Positions 26,033 to 34,606 of a stretch of 64,000 bases of DNA are shown here, piece after piece. This DNA is from Longimicrobiales bacterium (GTDB lineage: Bacteria; Gemmatimonadota; Gemmatimonadetes; Longimicrobiales; RSA9): positions 24,666 through 88,665 of the forward strand of contig JAWODW010000052.1 in NCBI GenBank assembly GCA_046483065.1. Reading direction: 5' to 3'. The first letter of the stretch is position 1, and each line of letters starts with the position of its first letter. Both the position numbers and the translations under genes were made by a program. The notes below the pieces were generated by a model. The model saw only the letters and a program-made list of their open reading frames with translations, was not told where the DNA came from and searched no databases.

Positions 26033-27604
26033 CTATTCCTGTCCTCGCTCGATTGCCGGCGGCTCCGACCCCCCGCGTGGACGCCGTCGGGTCCGCTCCT
26101 CCATGGCCTCCCTGCGCTCCCGTCTCAGCCCTTTCAACAGCCCCCAGCAGACGAAGAGCATGATCACCGTGAACGGGAGCGCCGTGCTGATGGCCGCCGT
26201 CTGAAGCGCCGTCAGCCCCCCGGCCACCAGCAGGATCCCCGCTACCACGCCCTCGGTCACGGCCCAGAAGATCCGCTGGGGGACGGGCGGCTCCGGATCG
26301 CCACCCGCCGTGATGATGTCGATCACCAGCGACCCCGAGTCCGAGGACGTGACGAAGAAGGTCACCACCACCAGCGTTGCAGCGAAGGAGCTGATCACGG
26401 CGAGCGGGAACTGCTCCAGGAGCACGAAGAGCGAGGTCGGCACGCTCTCCTGTACCGCCGCCACGATGCCGACGCCGCCGAAGTGCTCCAGGTAGAGGGC
26501 GGTGTTGCCGAAGACCGTGAGCCAGACGAAGGTCAGCGCCACGGGCACCAGGAGTACGCCGCCGATGAACTCCCGGATCGTGCGCCCCCGTGAGATCCGG
26601 GCGATGAACATCCCCACGAACGGCGACCACGCGATCCACCACCCCCAGTAAAAGATGGTCCAGCTGCCGAGCCAGTCGGCGTCGCCGTAGGCGGCGGTCC
26701 GGAAGGTGTTGCTGACGAGCCCGTTTACGTAGTTCCCCACGTTCCCGGCCAGCGCGTTCAGCAGGTAGACGGTGGGACCCATCACGAAGACGAACAGCAC
26801 CAGGAGCACGGCCAGTCCGATATTGAACTCGCTCAATCGCCGGATCCCCCGCTCCAGCCCGGTGGCCACCGAGACCGTGGCCATGAGTGTGATCGTTGCG
26901 ATGAGCAGGAGCTGGACCCAGACCGCCTCCGGCACGTCGAACAGGTAGCCCAACCCGGCGTTCACCTGCATCACGCCGAATCCGAGGGAGGTGGCTACGC
27001 CGAACATGGTGCCGAGGACGGCGAAGATGTCCACGGCGTCACCGATGGGCCCGTAGATCCGGTCGCCGAGGATCGGATAGAGCGCCGACCGGATGGTGAG
27101 CGGCAGGTCGTGGCGGAAGGAGAAGTAGGCCAGCGAGAGCCCCACCACGATGTAGACGGCCCAGGCGTGGACTCCCCAGTGGAAGAAGGTCAGCTCCATG
27201 GCCTCCTGGATGGCCGCCTCGGTCCCGCCGCCACCCCCCGGCGGGCTCGAGTAGTGGAGCACCGGCTCCGCCACGCTGAAGAAGAGGAGCCCGATCCCCA
27301 TTCCCGCGCTGAAGAGCATGGCGAACCAGGAGCCGTAGCTGAACTCGGGCTCGGCGTCGTCCGGGCCCAGCCGGATCTTCCCGAACCGGCTGAAGAAGAG
27401 CCCCACGACGAAGACCAGGAAAAACGCCACCGCCAGGATATAGAACCATCCGGCCATGGCCACGATCCCGCTCTGCAGCGTGGCGAACGTGGCGGCCGCC
27501 GTCTCCGAGAAGAGGGCGCCGAGGAGCACGAAGGTGGCGATCAGCGCCGCCGAGATGAAGAACACCGGCGGGTTGATCTTCAGACCGAACCGCTCCCAAT
27601 CCAT
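26033..27604 (-). CDS. BCCT-family (betaine/carnitine/choline) transporter
   Basis: Tail of ORF 26033..27874 from ATG 27604 (MDWERFGLKINPPVFFISA). BCCT signature regions FSYGSWFAMLFSAGMGIGLLFF, TFFHWGVHAWAVY, IFYWGWWIAWSPFVGMFIARISRGRTIREF. Confidence 0.9.
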   Translation of the reverse strand: MDWERFGLKINPPVFFISAALIATFVLLGALFSETAAATFATLQSGIVAMAGWFYILAVAFFLVFVVGLFFSRFGKIRLGPDDAEPEFSYGSWFAMLFSAGMGIGLLFFSVAEPVLHYSSPPGGGGGTEAAIQEAMELTFFHWGVHAWAVYIVVGLSLAYFSFRHDLPLTIRSALYPILGDRIYGPIGDAVDIFAVLGTMFGVATSLGFGVMQVNAGLGYLFDVPEAVWVQLLLIATITLMATVSVATGLERGIRRLSEFNIGLAVLLVLFVFVMGPTVYLLNALAGNVGNYVNGLVSNTFRTAAYGDADWLGSWTIFYWGWWIAWSPFVGMFIARISRGRTIREFIGGVLLVPVALTFVWLTVFGNTALYLEHFGGVGIVAAVQESVPTSLFVLLEQFPLAVISSFAATLVVVTFFVTSSDSGSLVIDIITAGGDPEPPVPQRIFWAVTEGVVAGILLVAGGLTALQTAAISTALPFTVIMLFVCWGLLKGLRRERREAMEERTRRRPRGGSEPPAIERGQE

Positions 27605-27618
27605 GGAGGTCTTCCCCG

Positions 27619-28860
27619 TCAGAAGTAGTAGCCGACGTTCATGTTGAACCGCGTGCTCCACCCGCCGGCACCATCCCCTTCGGCGAGGGCCCGTCCGTAG
27701 TCGGGCCCCAGCCACGGATGGTTCCACCCGCTGGCCACGTCCATGTAGACGTAGACGGGCCCGGCGGAGATCGCGCTCCCCAGCACGTTCTGGCGGGTGT
27801 CCGGATAGGTCGGGTCCGCCTTGACCATGTACGTGAAGTCGTCGTAGAACCGGATCGAGGCGATGGGCCCCCACGCCACCGGGAGCGTGTACGCCACCCC
27901 CAGGAGGTACAGGCTCGCTGCCCGGGCCACCTTGTACGGCGCGTCGTAGGCGCCCATGACCACGAATGGCTCCACGGCCCCCGCCTCATCCGGGTTCACC
28001 GCGTACCGGATGGCCTCCGCGATGACGTTCCAGCGTCCGCGTGTGGCGTCCACGTGCGCGCTGGCCGCCCAGTGGGACCCGAATCTATCGGTTTCCCGGT
28101 TGTGGAGCTGGCCCCACTGGCCCGAGACGCCGAGCTCGGCGCTCCCCTTGCCGGAGCTCAGCGGCGCCGTATAGGTCAGCCGGCCATTGACCTGGTTGAC
28201 CTCTTCGTTCGACCGGGCCGTCTCGAGCCCGGCGTACCCCAGCTCTCCCGGGGTGGCGGGCACCACATCATACGAGTAACGGGCGCTGGCCACACTGCCG
28301 CCGGTGAACGACCCCTCATCGTTCAGGTAGAAAGCCATCTGGACGCCCCACCGGCCGGCCGCGTAAAGCACGTTCACCCCGGCGTCGTAGTCATCCTCCA
28401 GCCCCACGTAGTACGGCAGCTGGAAGAACCAGTTGTGCGACGCGTACGGCAGCGGCCCGAAGGGCACCTTGTGGACGCCGAGGAGGACGTCCAGCGCGTC
28501 GCTGAAGCCGTAGCCGACCCACCCGTGGTGCAGCATGTGGTAGCCGGCGTAGATCCGGTACTCCGCCGAGAAGAGGAGATCGCCGTACGAGCCGTCGGCG
28601 TTCAGCCGGAACGTGTCGAAGTCGAAGTCGGCGGCCCGGCGCAGCTCGAACCGGCCCCGGGCCCAGTCCCGGTACTGGAGGTTGAACCGGAGCGCGCCCC
28701 CGAGGGTCAGCCGCGCCTCGAGCGCCTCCTGCGACGACGTTTCCACCGCCGGCACCGTGTCCGCCGGCGGCGTGGACGGCTCTGCGCAGGTCGGGCCCGG
28801 CGCGTCGGCCGGGGCGAGGGCGAGCACGGCGGCCCCGAAGAGCGGGGCGGTCCAGGACAT
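27619..28860 (-). CDS. Outer-membrane porin-like beta-barrel protein
   Basis: ORF 27619..28914, start at MSWTAPLFGAAVLALAPA (signal peptide). Alternating beta-strand pattern throughout. C-terminus FNMNVGYYF. Confidence 0.7.
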   Translation of the reverse strand: MSWTAPLFGAAVLALAPADAPGPTCAEPSTPPADTVPAVETSSQEALEARLTLGGALRFNLQYRDWARGRFELRRAADFDFDTFRLNADGSYGDLLFSAEYRIYAGYHMLHHGWVGYGFSDALDVLLGVHKVPFGPLPYASHNWFFQLPYYVGLEDDYDAGVNVLYAAGRWGVQMAFYLNDEGSFTGGSVASARYSYDVVPATPGELGYAGLETARSNEEVNQVNGRLTYTAPLSSGKGSAELGVSGQWGQLHNRETDRFGSHWAASAHVDATRGRWNVIAEAIRYAVNPDEAGAVEPFVVMGAYDAPYKVARAASLYLLGVAYTLPVAWGPIASIRFYDDFTYMVKADPTYPDTRQNVLGSAISAGPVYVYMDVASGWNHPWLGPDYGRALAEGDGAGGWSTRFNMNVGYYF

Positions 28861-29052
28861 GGGGTGTAGGGTCCTCGTCGAGGTGCAGGTTCCGGTTTCC
28901 GAACCCGAATGCAAGGACCGTGCGGTGGAGCTGAGAGTACGAGCCCGCGGCGGCGGGGCCGCTTGCCGGGCGGGGAGAGCGGGTCCTACCTTGGCCTCGC
29001 GGGGCCCGATGGGCTCTGTCGCTCACCCATCCTGAGCCAACGAACCACACTC

Positions 29053-29538
29053 TTGCGACGCACCAGCTTCTTCTGGCTATCCGTGCTCATCGCCGCCTGG
29101 TGGCTGCTGACGGCCCCGGACCTCGCCTGGGAGGCGGGCCTCCTGGCGGTCATCGTCGGGGCACTCCTCCACTACGGCCTCGGGGGTCGGGGCGCGGCCC
29201 GGCTCACGGTGCCGGGGCTCCTCCGATTCCTCCCGTTCTTCCTCCATCAGATGGTGCGGGGCGGGCTCGACGTGAGCCGCAGGGCGCTGAGCCCATCATT
29301 GCCCCTGGCGCCCGACCTCTTCCACTTCCGCACCGGGCTGCCCGAGGGGCTCCCGCGCGTCTTCTTCATCAACGCCATCAGTCTCCTGCCCGGCACGTTC
29401 AGCGCCCAGGTGGACCGCGACGACATCACGGTCCACCGGCTCGACTCGGCCATGGTTCCGGAGGCCCGCCTCCGGACGCTGGAAGCGAAGGTCGCCGGGC
29501 TCTTCGGTCTGGAGTCCGACCTGGAGTCGTCGTCGTGA
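29053..29538 (+). CDS. mrpE: Mrp/Mnh-type cation:proton antiporter subunit E
   Basis: Tail of ORF 28909..29538. Contains FFWLSVLIAAWWLLT... and INAISLLPGTFSAQVDRDDITVHRLD, typical of MnhE. Start is uncertain (TTG 29053 chosen; ATG 28909 would remove the promoter space shared with the divergent porin gene). Confidence 0.7.
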   Translation: MRRTSFFWLSVLIAAWWLLTAPDLAWEAGLLAVIVGALLHYGLGGRGAARLTVPGLLRFLPFFLHQMVRGGLDVSRRALSPSLPLAPDLFHFRTGLPEGLPRVFFINAISLLPGTFSAQVDRDDITVHRLDSAMVPEARLRTLEAKVAGLFGLESDLESSS

Positions 29539-29813
29539 CGACGCTGCTCCTGGCCGTCGGGCTCGTCCTGCTCCTGAGCCTCGTGGCGGGGCTTGCGAGG
29601 CTGCTGGCGGGGCCCTCACCGGGCGACCGGGTGATCGCCGTCCAGCTCTTCGGGACGGCCGGCGTAGCCTTCCTCCTGATCCTGGCCGAGGTCGGCAGCG
29701 CGCCGCCGCTGCGCGATGTGGCGCTGGTCTTCGCGCTCCTGGCCGCCGTCATCGTCACCGCGTTCGTGAAGCGGGGCTGGGTCCGGCAGCGCGGCCGCGA
29801 CGGGGACGACTGA
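29535..29813 (+). CDS. mrpF: Mrp/Mnh antiporter subunit F
   Basis: GTG 29535 overlaps the mrpE TGA (GTGA). 92 aa, three TM helices. SPGDRVIAVQLFGTAGVAFLLILA is typical of MnhF/PhaF. Confidence 0.75.
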   Translation: MTTLLLAVGLVLLLSLVAGLARLLAGPSPGDRVIAVQLFGTAGVAFLLILAEVGSAPPLRDVALVFALLAAVIVTAFVKRGWVRQRGRDGDD

Positions 29814-29814
29814 C

Positions 29815-30138
29815 ATGGCCCCGGCTCTCGACGTCATCGCCGCCGGCCTCCTGCTGCTGGGCGCGTACTTCTTCGTCGCGGGCACGGTGGGCATCCTCCG
29901 GTTCCCGGACGTCTACACGCGGCTGCACGCCCTGACCAAGGCCGACGCGCTGGGCCTCGGATTCATCGCCCTCGGGCTCTGCTTCCGCGCCGGGTCGTGG
30001 GCGGTCCGGCTCCAGCTCATCCTGACCTGGCTCCTGGTCCTGGCTGCCACGGCCACCGTGGCCCACCTCCTGGCGCGCACCTCCATGGAGGAAGGCATCG
30101 AGCCGGTGGCCCGCCCCCGGAAAGAGGTCCGTCCGTGA
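29815..30138 (+). CDS. mrpG: Mrp/Mnh antiporter subunit G
   Basis: 107-aa ORF. AGTVGILRFPDVYTRLHALTKADALG is the MnhG signature. Confidence 0.85.
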   Translation: MAPALDVIAAGLLLLGAYFFVAGTVGILRFPDVYTRLHALTKADALGLGFIALGLCFRAGSWAVRLQLILTWLLVLAATATVAHLLARTSMEEGIEPVARPRKEVRP

Positions 30139-31268
30139 CGCCGCTGGATTGGGCCATCGATGGGGTGCTCGCGGCGCTCCTCCTGGGCATCGCCGTGCGG
30201 CTCCTGACCGGGCGGGACCTCCTCGAGGCCACCATCCTCTTCATCGCCTACGGACTCACCCTCTCGCTGGTCTGGGTCCGGCTTGGCGCGCCGGACATCG
30301 CCCTCGCGGAGGCCGCCCTCGGCGCCGGGGTCTCCGGCGCCCTCTTCCTGAACGCGTTCCAACGGTTGACCCGACGCCCGGATGCCGACGCAGGCATGGG
30401 CCCCGGGGCCCGCGCCGGGCCATGGCCGGCTGCGCCCGCCGGGGCGCCCCCGGGGGCCGGGACGCCGGCAGCCGAAGGCGACTCGCTCCTCATCGACGAT
30501 GGCGCCCACGACGGCCCCCTCTGGCTCCGGGTCGCCCTCGGCGCTGTCGGCGCAGTGGCGGTGGCGGGGCTCACCGTCCTCCTCGTGGGGCTCCCGGACC
30601 GGCCCCCCGTGCTGCCCGCGCTGGTGCACGGAAGCCTGGCCGGGAGCGGCGCCACGAATCCGGTCACCGCGGTGCTGCTGAACTTCCGGGCCTGGGACAC
30701 GGTCCTGGAGCTGACGGTGGTGGTGGCGGCGGTGACGGCCGTATGGTCGCTGGACCGGGACACGCGGCCCCGCTCCCGGGACCCCCGGGACCGGAGTCCG
30801 GACCCGGTGCTCCATGAGCTGACCCGCCTGGTGGTGCCGCTGGCGGCCGTGGTGGCCATCTACCTGGCGTGGGCGGGGAGCCATCGGCCGGGCGGCGGGT
30901 TCCAGGCGGGTGCGCTGCTGGCGGGTGCTGGCGTCATGGCGGAAGCCGGGGGCTACCTGCCGCCCTTCAGCGCTGCGTCCCGGCCGGTCCGCATCCTCAT
31001 CAGCTTCGCCGTCTTCGCCTTCCTGGCCGTGGGGCTGGCGTCCATGTCCGTCACGGGTTCGTTCCTCCACTACCCCGCCGGCTGGGCCCACGGGCTCATG
31101 CTGGCCGTGGAAGCCGGCTTCACGGTGGGCGTGACCGTGGCGCTCGTGGAGTTCTTCGTCGATGTCCCGGCCGTACCCGTCCGGGACCCCGCCGTGGAGC
31201 GGGTCGATCCCACGGGTGACCCCCTGGGCCGGATGCTCGATCGCGACGACCTCGGGGAGGGCCCGTGA
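30135..31268 (+). CDS. mrpB: MrpB-type subunit: DUF4040/MbhD-like module fused to an MnhB module through a Pro/Ala/Gly-rich linker
   Basis: GTG 30135 overlaps the mrpG TGA. N-terminal module LLEATILFIAYGLTLSLVWVRLGAPDIALAEAALGAGVSG. C-terminal module ATNPVTAVLLNFRAWDTVLELTVV...GHRPGGGFQAGALLA. Confidence 0.75.
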   Translation: MTPLDWAIDGVLAALLLGIAVRLLTGRDLLEATILFIAYGLTLSLVWVRLGAPDIALAEAALGAGVSGALFLNAFQRLTRRPDADAGMGPGARAGPWPAAPAGAPPGAGTPAAEGDSLLIDDGAHDGPLWLRVALGAVGAVAVAGLTVLLVGLPDRPPVLPALVHGSLAGSGATNPVTAVLLNFRAWDTVLELTVVVAAVTAVWSLDRDTRPRSRDPRDRSPDPVLHELTRLVVPLAAVVAIYLAWAGSHRPGGGFQAGALLAGAGVMAEAGGYLPPFSAASRPVRILISFAVFAFLAVGLASMSVTGSFLHYPAGWAHGLMLAVEAGFTVGVTVALVEFFVDVPAVPVRDPAVERVDPTGDPLGRMLDRDDLGEGP

Positions 31269-31600
31269 CCCCCCTTGTCCTCTACGCCTGCGCCGGCGCA
31301 GCGCTCTTCGTGGTGGGCCTCCACGCCCTCGTGACGCGGGCCCACCTCTTCTGGAAGGTGCTGGCCGTGAACATCATGGCGGGCGGCATCTTCCTGGTCC
31401 TCATCACGGCCCCACCCCGCCTCGGCGCCGGACCCGACCCGGTGCCCCAGGCCATGGTCCTGACCGGGATCGTGGTGGCCGTGGCCTCCACCGCCCTTGC
31501 GCTGGGCCTAGCCCTGCGGGTGGCCGCCCGCACAGGCCGGCCGTTCCTCGAGGAGGAGGTCCCGGACCCGGGCCCCTACGGAGCGGAGGAGGAAGGGTGA
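31265..31600 (+). CDS. mrpC: Mrp/Mnh antiporter subunit C (NuoK-like)
   Basis: 111-aa ORF starting at GTG 31265, overlapping the previous TGA. Contains NIMAGGIFLVLI...PQAMVLTGIVVAVASTALALGLA. Confidence 0.8.
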   Translation: MTPLVLYACAGAALFVVGLHALVTRAHLFWKVLAVNIMAGGIFLVLITAPPRLGAGPDPVPQAMVLTGIVVAVASTALALGLALRVAARTGRPFLEEEVPDPGPYGAEEEG

Positions 31601-33093
31601 CCGGCCCGGCGCTGTGGACGGCGGTGGCCGTCACCGGCCCGCTTCTGGCCGCGCTTATCGCGCTGGTGGGCCGGCCCCGGGCGCTCCGGGCCGGGCTGGC
31701 GCTGGGGGCCGGGAGCAGCCTGGCCGCGGTGGTCGGCCTGGCGCTGGGGCTGGTCCGGGACGGGCCGGGCCGGCACCTCTTGGGCGGTTGGGGTCGACCG
31801 CTGGGGATCGAGATGTGGGTGGACGGCCTCACCGTGGTCATGCTGGGGATGACCGCCGTCGTAGGCGCCGCGGTGAGCGTCTACGCCACCGCCTACTTCG
31901 CCGGCCTCATGGACGGCCCCGGAGACGAGCCCCCCGCCGGCCGCGGGGCCCGTTTCTTCGCCCCTCTCTGGCTCTTCCTCTGGGCGGCGCTGAACGCCCT
32001 GTATCTCTCGGCGGACCTGTTCAACCTGTACGTGACGGTGGAGCTGTTCGGGCTCTCAGCAGCGGCCATCATCACCCTGGCCGTGTCCACCCGGGCCACC
32101 TTCGCCGGGATGCGCTACCTCCTGGTCTCGCTGGCCGGGTCCATGCTCTTCCTCCTGGGCGTGGCGCTGCTGTACGCCGTCTACGGCGTCCTGGCGCTGG
32201 AGGAGCTCGCCCAGCTCGCGCCGTCCGGGGTCCTCCCCGCCGTGGCGCTGGCGGCCATGACCGTGGGGATGGCGGCGAAGACGGCGCTCTTCCCGCTGCA
32301 CGGCTGGCTGCCGCCGGCCCACTCTTCCGCCCCCGCACCGGGGAGCGCCCTCCTGTCGGCGCTGGTGGTGAAGGCGTCGTTCTACATCGTCCTCCGCCTC
32401 TGGGTCCACGTCTACGGCGGCGGCCCGGCCGACGGGCTGCTGCTCCTGGGGCTCCTGGGCGGCGCGGCCATCCTCTGGGGCTCGGTGCTGGCGCTGCGTC
32501 AGGCCAGTCTCAAGCGGCTCATCGCTTACTCCACCGTGGCGCAGGTCGGGTACCTCTTCGTCATGCTGCCGCTCCTCGTCACCGGCCCGGACCCGGCGGC
32601 GTGGAGCGCCGATGCGTGGAACGGCGGGATCTACCAGGCGGCGTCCCACGCCCTGGCCAAGGCCGCCATGTTCCTGGCCGCCGGCGGCATGACGTACGCC
32701 GTGGCCCGGGACGACCTGGCGTCCATCTCAGGGGTGGCCCGTCGCCTGCCCGTGTCGTTCTTCGCGTTCGCCCTGGCGGGCCTGACCATGGCCGGGATCC
32801 CGCCTTCGGGCGGCTTCATCGGCAAGTGGCTCCTCATCCGGTCGGCGCTGGCGGGTGGCCGGTGGCCGTGGGCCGTGCTCCTGGCCGTGGGCGGACTCCT
32901 GGCGGCGGCGTACGTGGTGCGGGCGCTCCGGCACGCGCTGGAGGACCCACTGGCCGAGGACGGCGAGTTCCGGGCGGTGCCGCGGCGCCTGGAATGGTCG
33001 GCCATGGCGCTTGCGGTGGCCAGCGTGGTCCTGGGTCTGCGCCCGCTGGAGCTGCTCCAGCTCCTGGGCATCGGCGGGCTGCAGCCGTGGTGA
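31597..33093 (+). CDS. mrpD: MrpD/NuoN-type antiporter-like subunit 1 (proton-conducting membrane transporter)
   Basis: Tail of ORF 31162..33093 from GTG 31597 (GTGA overlap). 498 aa. Contains MAAKTALFPLHGWLPPAHSSAPAPGSALLSALVVKAS and IAYSTVAQVGY. Confidence 0.85.
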   Translation: MTGPALWTAVAVTGPLLAALIALVGRPRALRAGLALGAGSSLAAVVGLALGLVRDGPGRHLLGGWGRPLGIEMWVDGLTVVMLGMTAVVGAAVSVYATAYFAGLMDGPGDEPPAGRGARFFAPLWLFLWAALNALYLSADLFNLYVTVELFGLSAAAIITLAVSTRATFAGMRYLLVSLAGSMLFLLGVALLYAVYGVLALEELAQLAPSGVLPAVALAAMTVGMAAKTALFPLHGWLPPAHSSAPAPGSALLSALVVKASFYIVLRLWVHVYGGGPADGLLLLGLLGGAAILWGSVLALRQASLKRLIAYSTVAQVGYLFVMLPLLVTGPDPAAWSADAWNGGIYQAASHALAKAAMFLAAGGMTYAVARDDLASISGVARRLPVSFFAFALAGLTMAGIPPSGGFIGKWLLIRSALAGGRWPWAVLLAVGGLLAAAYVVRALRHALEDPLAEDGEFRAVPRRLEWSAMALAVASVVLGLRPLELLQLLGIGGLQPW

Positions 33094-33100
33094 GGCGACG

Positions 33101-34606
33101 GTGAGCCCGCTCCTGCCGGTGGACGCCCTGCCCCTCTGGGTGGTCCTGACCTCGTTCCTCACCGGGGTCGGCGTGCTCCTGCTGCCCCGGGCTCGGCTCC
33201 GGCTCATCACCGTGCTGAGCCTCGCGGGCGCCACGGTGAAGCTCGGGCTCGTGGCCCTCATGGTCCAGGGGGTGGTGGCGGGCTTCGAGTACCGGTGGGA
33301 GATCCCGCTCCTGCCGGACCTCTCGTTTAGCCTGGTGGGCGACTCCCTGGCGCTCCTCTTCCTGGGGCTCTCCTCGGTGCTATGGCTCGTGACCACCCTC
33401 TACGCGCTGGGCTACCTCAGCCGCTCGGCCAACCGCCGGCGCTTCTTCGCCTTCTTCGGCTTCTGCATCGCGGCCACCTCCGGGATCGCCCTGGCCGGCG
33501 ACCTGTTCACCTTCGTCCTGTTCTACGAGGCGCTGACCTGGACCACCTACCCGCTGGTGGTCCACCAGGGGACGCCCGAGGCGCTGCGGGCGGGCCGGAA
33601 GTACCTGGTCTACACCCTCACCGCCGGGACCGCGCTCATCGTGGGCGCCGTCTGGTTCCAGACCGAGACCGGTACACTGGCGTTCGCCGTGGGCGGTGTG
33701 GTGGATGCCGACACCGCCATGGCCGCCCCCGGTCGGTACCTGGGCCTCTTCCTGCTCCTGCTCCTGGGTGTGGGCGTGAAATCGGCGTTCGCGCCCCTCC
33801 ATGGCTGGCTGCCCACCGCCATGGTGGCGCCCACGCCGGTGAGCGCGCTCCTTCACGCGGTGGCTGTGGTCAAGGCCGGGATGTTCGGTGTGATCCGGAT
33901 CCTCCACTCCCTCTTCGGCATCGAGGTCGCCACCGACATCGGCGCGGCCGCTGTGGTGGCGGGGCTGGCCGGCGCCACCATCATCTACGGCTCTGCCCGG
34001 GCGCTGGCCCAGGACAACCTCAAGCGACTGCTGGCGTTCAGCACCGTGAGCCAGCTCTCCTACATCGCGCTGGGCGTCACGCTCGTGAACCCCGTGGCCC
34101 AGGCGGGCGGGCTCGCCCACCTGGTTCACCAGGGGATCATGAAGATTACCCTCTTCTTCTGCGCCGGGCTCCTCTCCGAGACGTTGGGGATCACGAAGAT
34201 CAGCGAGATGGCCGGCACCGCCCGACGCATGCCCCTCACCATGCTCGCCTTCTCCGTGGCAGCGCTGGGGATGATCGGGCTGCCGCCGGTGGCCGGGTTC
34301 TACTCCAAGTGGTACCTGGGCGTGGGCGCCCTCCAGGCCGGGGCGGCGTGGGTGGTGCCCGTGCTCCTCATCAGCACCGCCCTCAACGCGGCGTACTTCC
34401 TGCCCATCATCCGCACCGCCTACCTCGACCGGCCCACGGCGGCGTGGCCTCCCCGCGCCCCGGCGCATCGGCTCGAGGCGGACTGGCGGCTCCTCTTCCC
34501 CGCCCTCGTGACCGCCGCCCTCGCCCTGGCCGCCGGGCTCCTGGTGGGCAGCGCGTGGAGCGCCATCGACTGGGCCGACCTCATCATCGCCCGGGGACTC
34601 CTGTGA
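33101..34606 (+). CDS. mrpD: MrpD/NuoM-type antiporter-like subunit 2
   Basis: Tail of ORF 32855..34606 from GTG 33101. 501 aa. Contains GVKSAFAPLHGWLPTAMVAPTPVSALLHAVAVVKAG and LAFSTVSQLSY. Confidence 0.85.
   Translation: MSPLLPVDALPLWVVLTSFLTGVGVLLLPRARLRLITVLSLAGATVKLGLVALMVQGVVAGFEYRWEIPLLPDLSFSLVGDSLALLFLGLSSVLWLVTTLYALGYLSRSANRRRFFAFFGFCIAATSGIALAGDLFTFVLFYEALTWTTYPLVVHQGTPEALRAGRKYLVYTLTAGTALIVGAVWFQTETGTLAFAVGGVVDADTAMAAPGRYLGLFLLLLLGVGVKSAFAPLHGWLPTAMVAPTPVSALLHAVAVVKAGMFGVIRILHSLFGIEVATDIGAAAVVAGLAGATIIYGSARALAQDNLKRLLAFSTVSQLSYIALGVTLVNPVAQAGGLAHLVHQGIMKITLFFCAGLLSETLGITKISEMAGTARRMPLTMLAFSVAALGMIGLPPVAGFYSKWYLGVGALQAGAAWVVPVLLISTALNAAYFLPIIRTAYLDRPTAAWPPRAPAHRLEADWRLLFPALVTAALALAAGLLVGSAWSAIDWADLIIARGLL

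Noticed and set aside
28909-29052. ATG 28909 as the MrpE start
   Set aside because: It would add about 48 non-hydrophobic Arg/Gly-rich residues. It would also leave only 48 nt between the divergent porin and mrpE starts. TTG 29053 gives the usual roughly 160-aa MrpE, though the true start remains uncertain.
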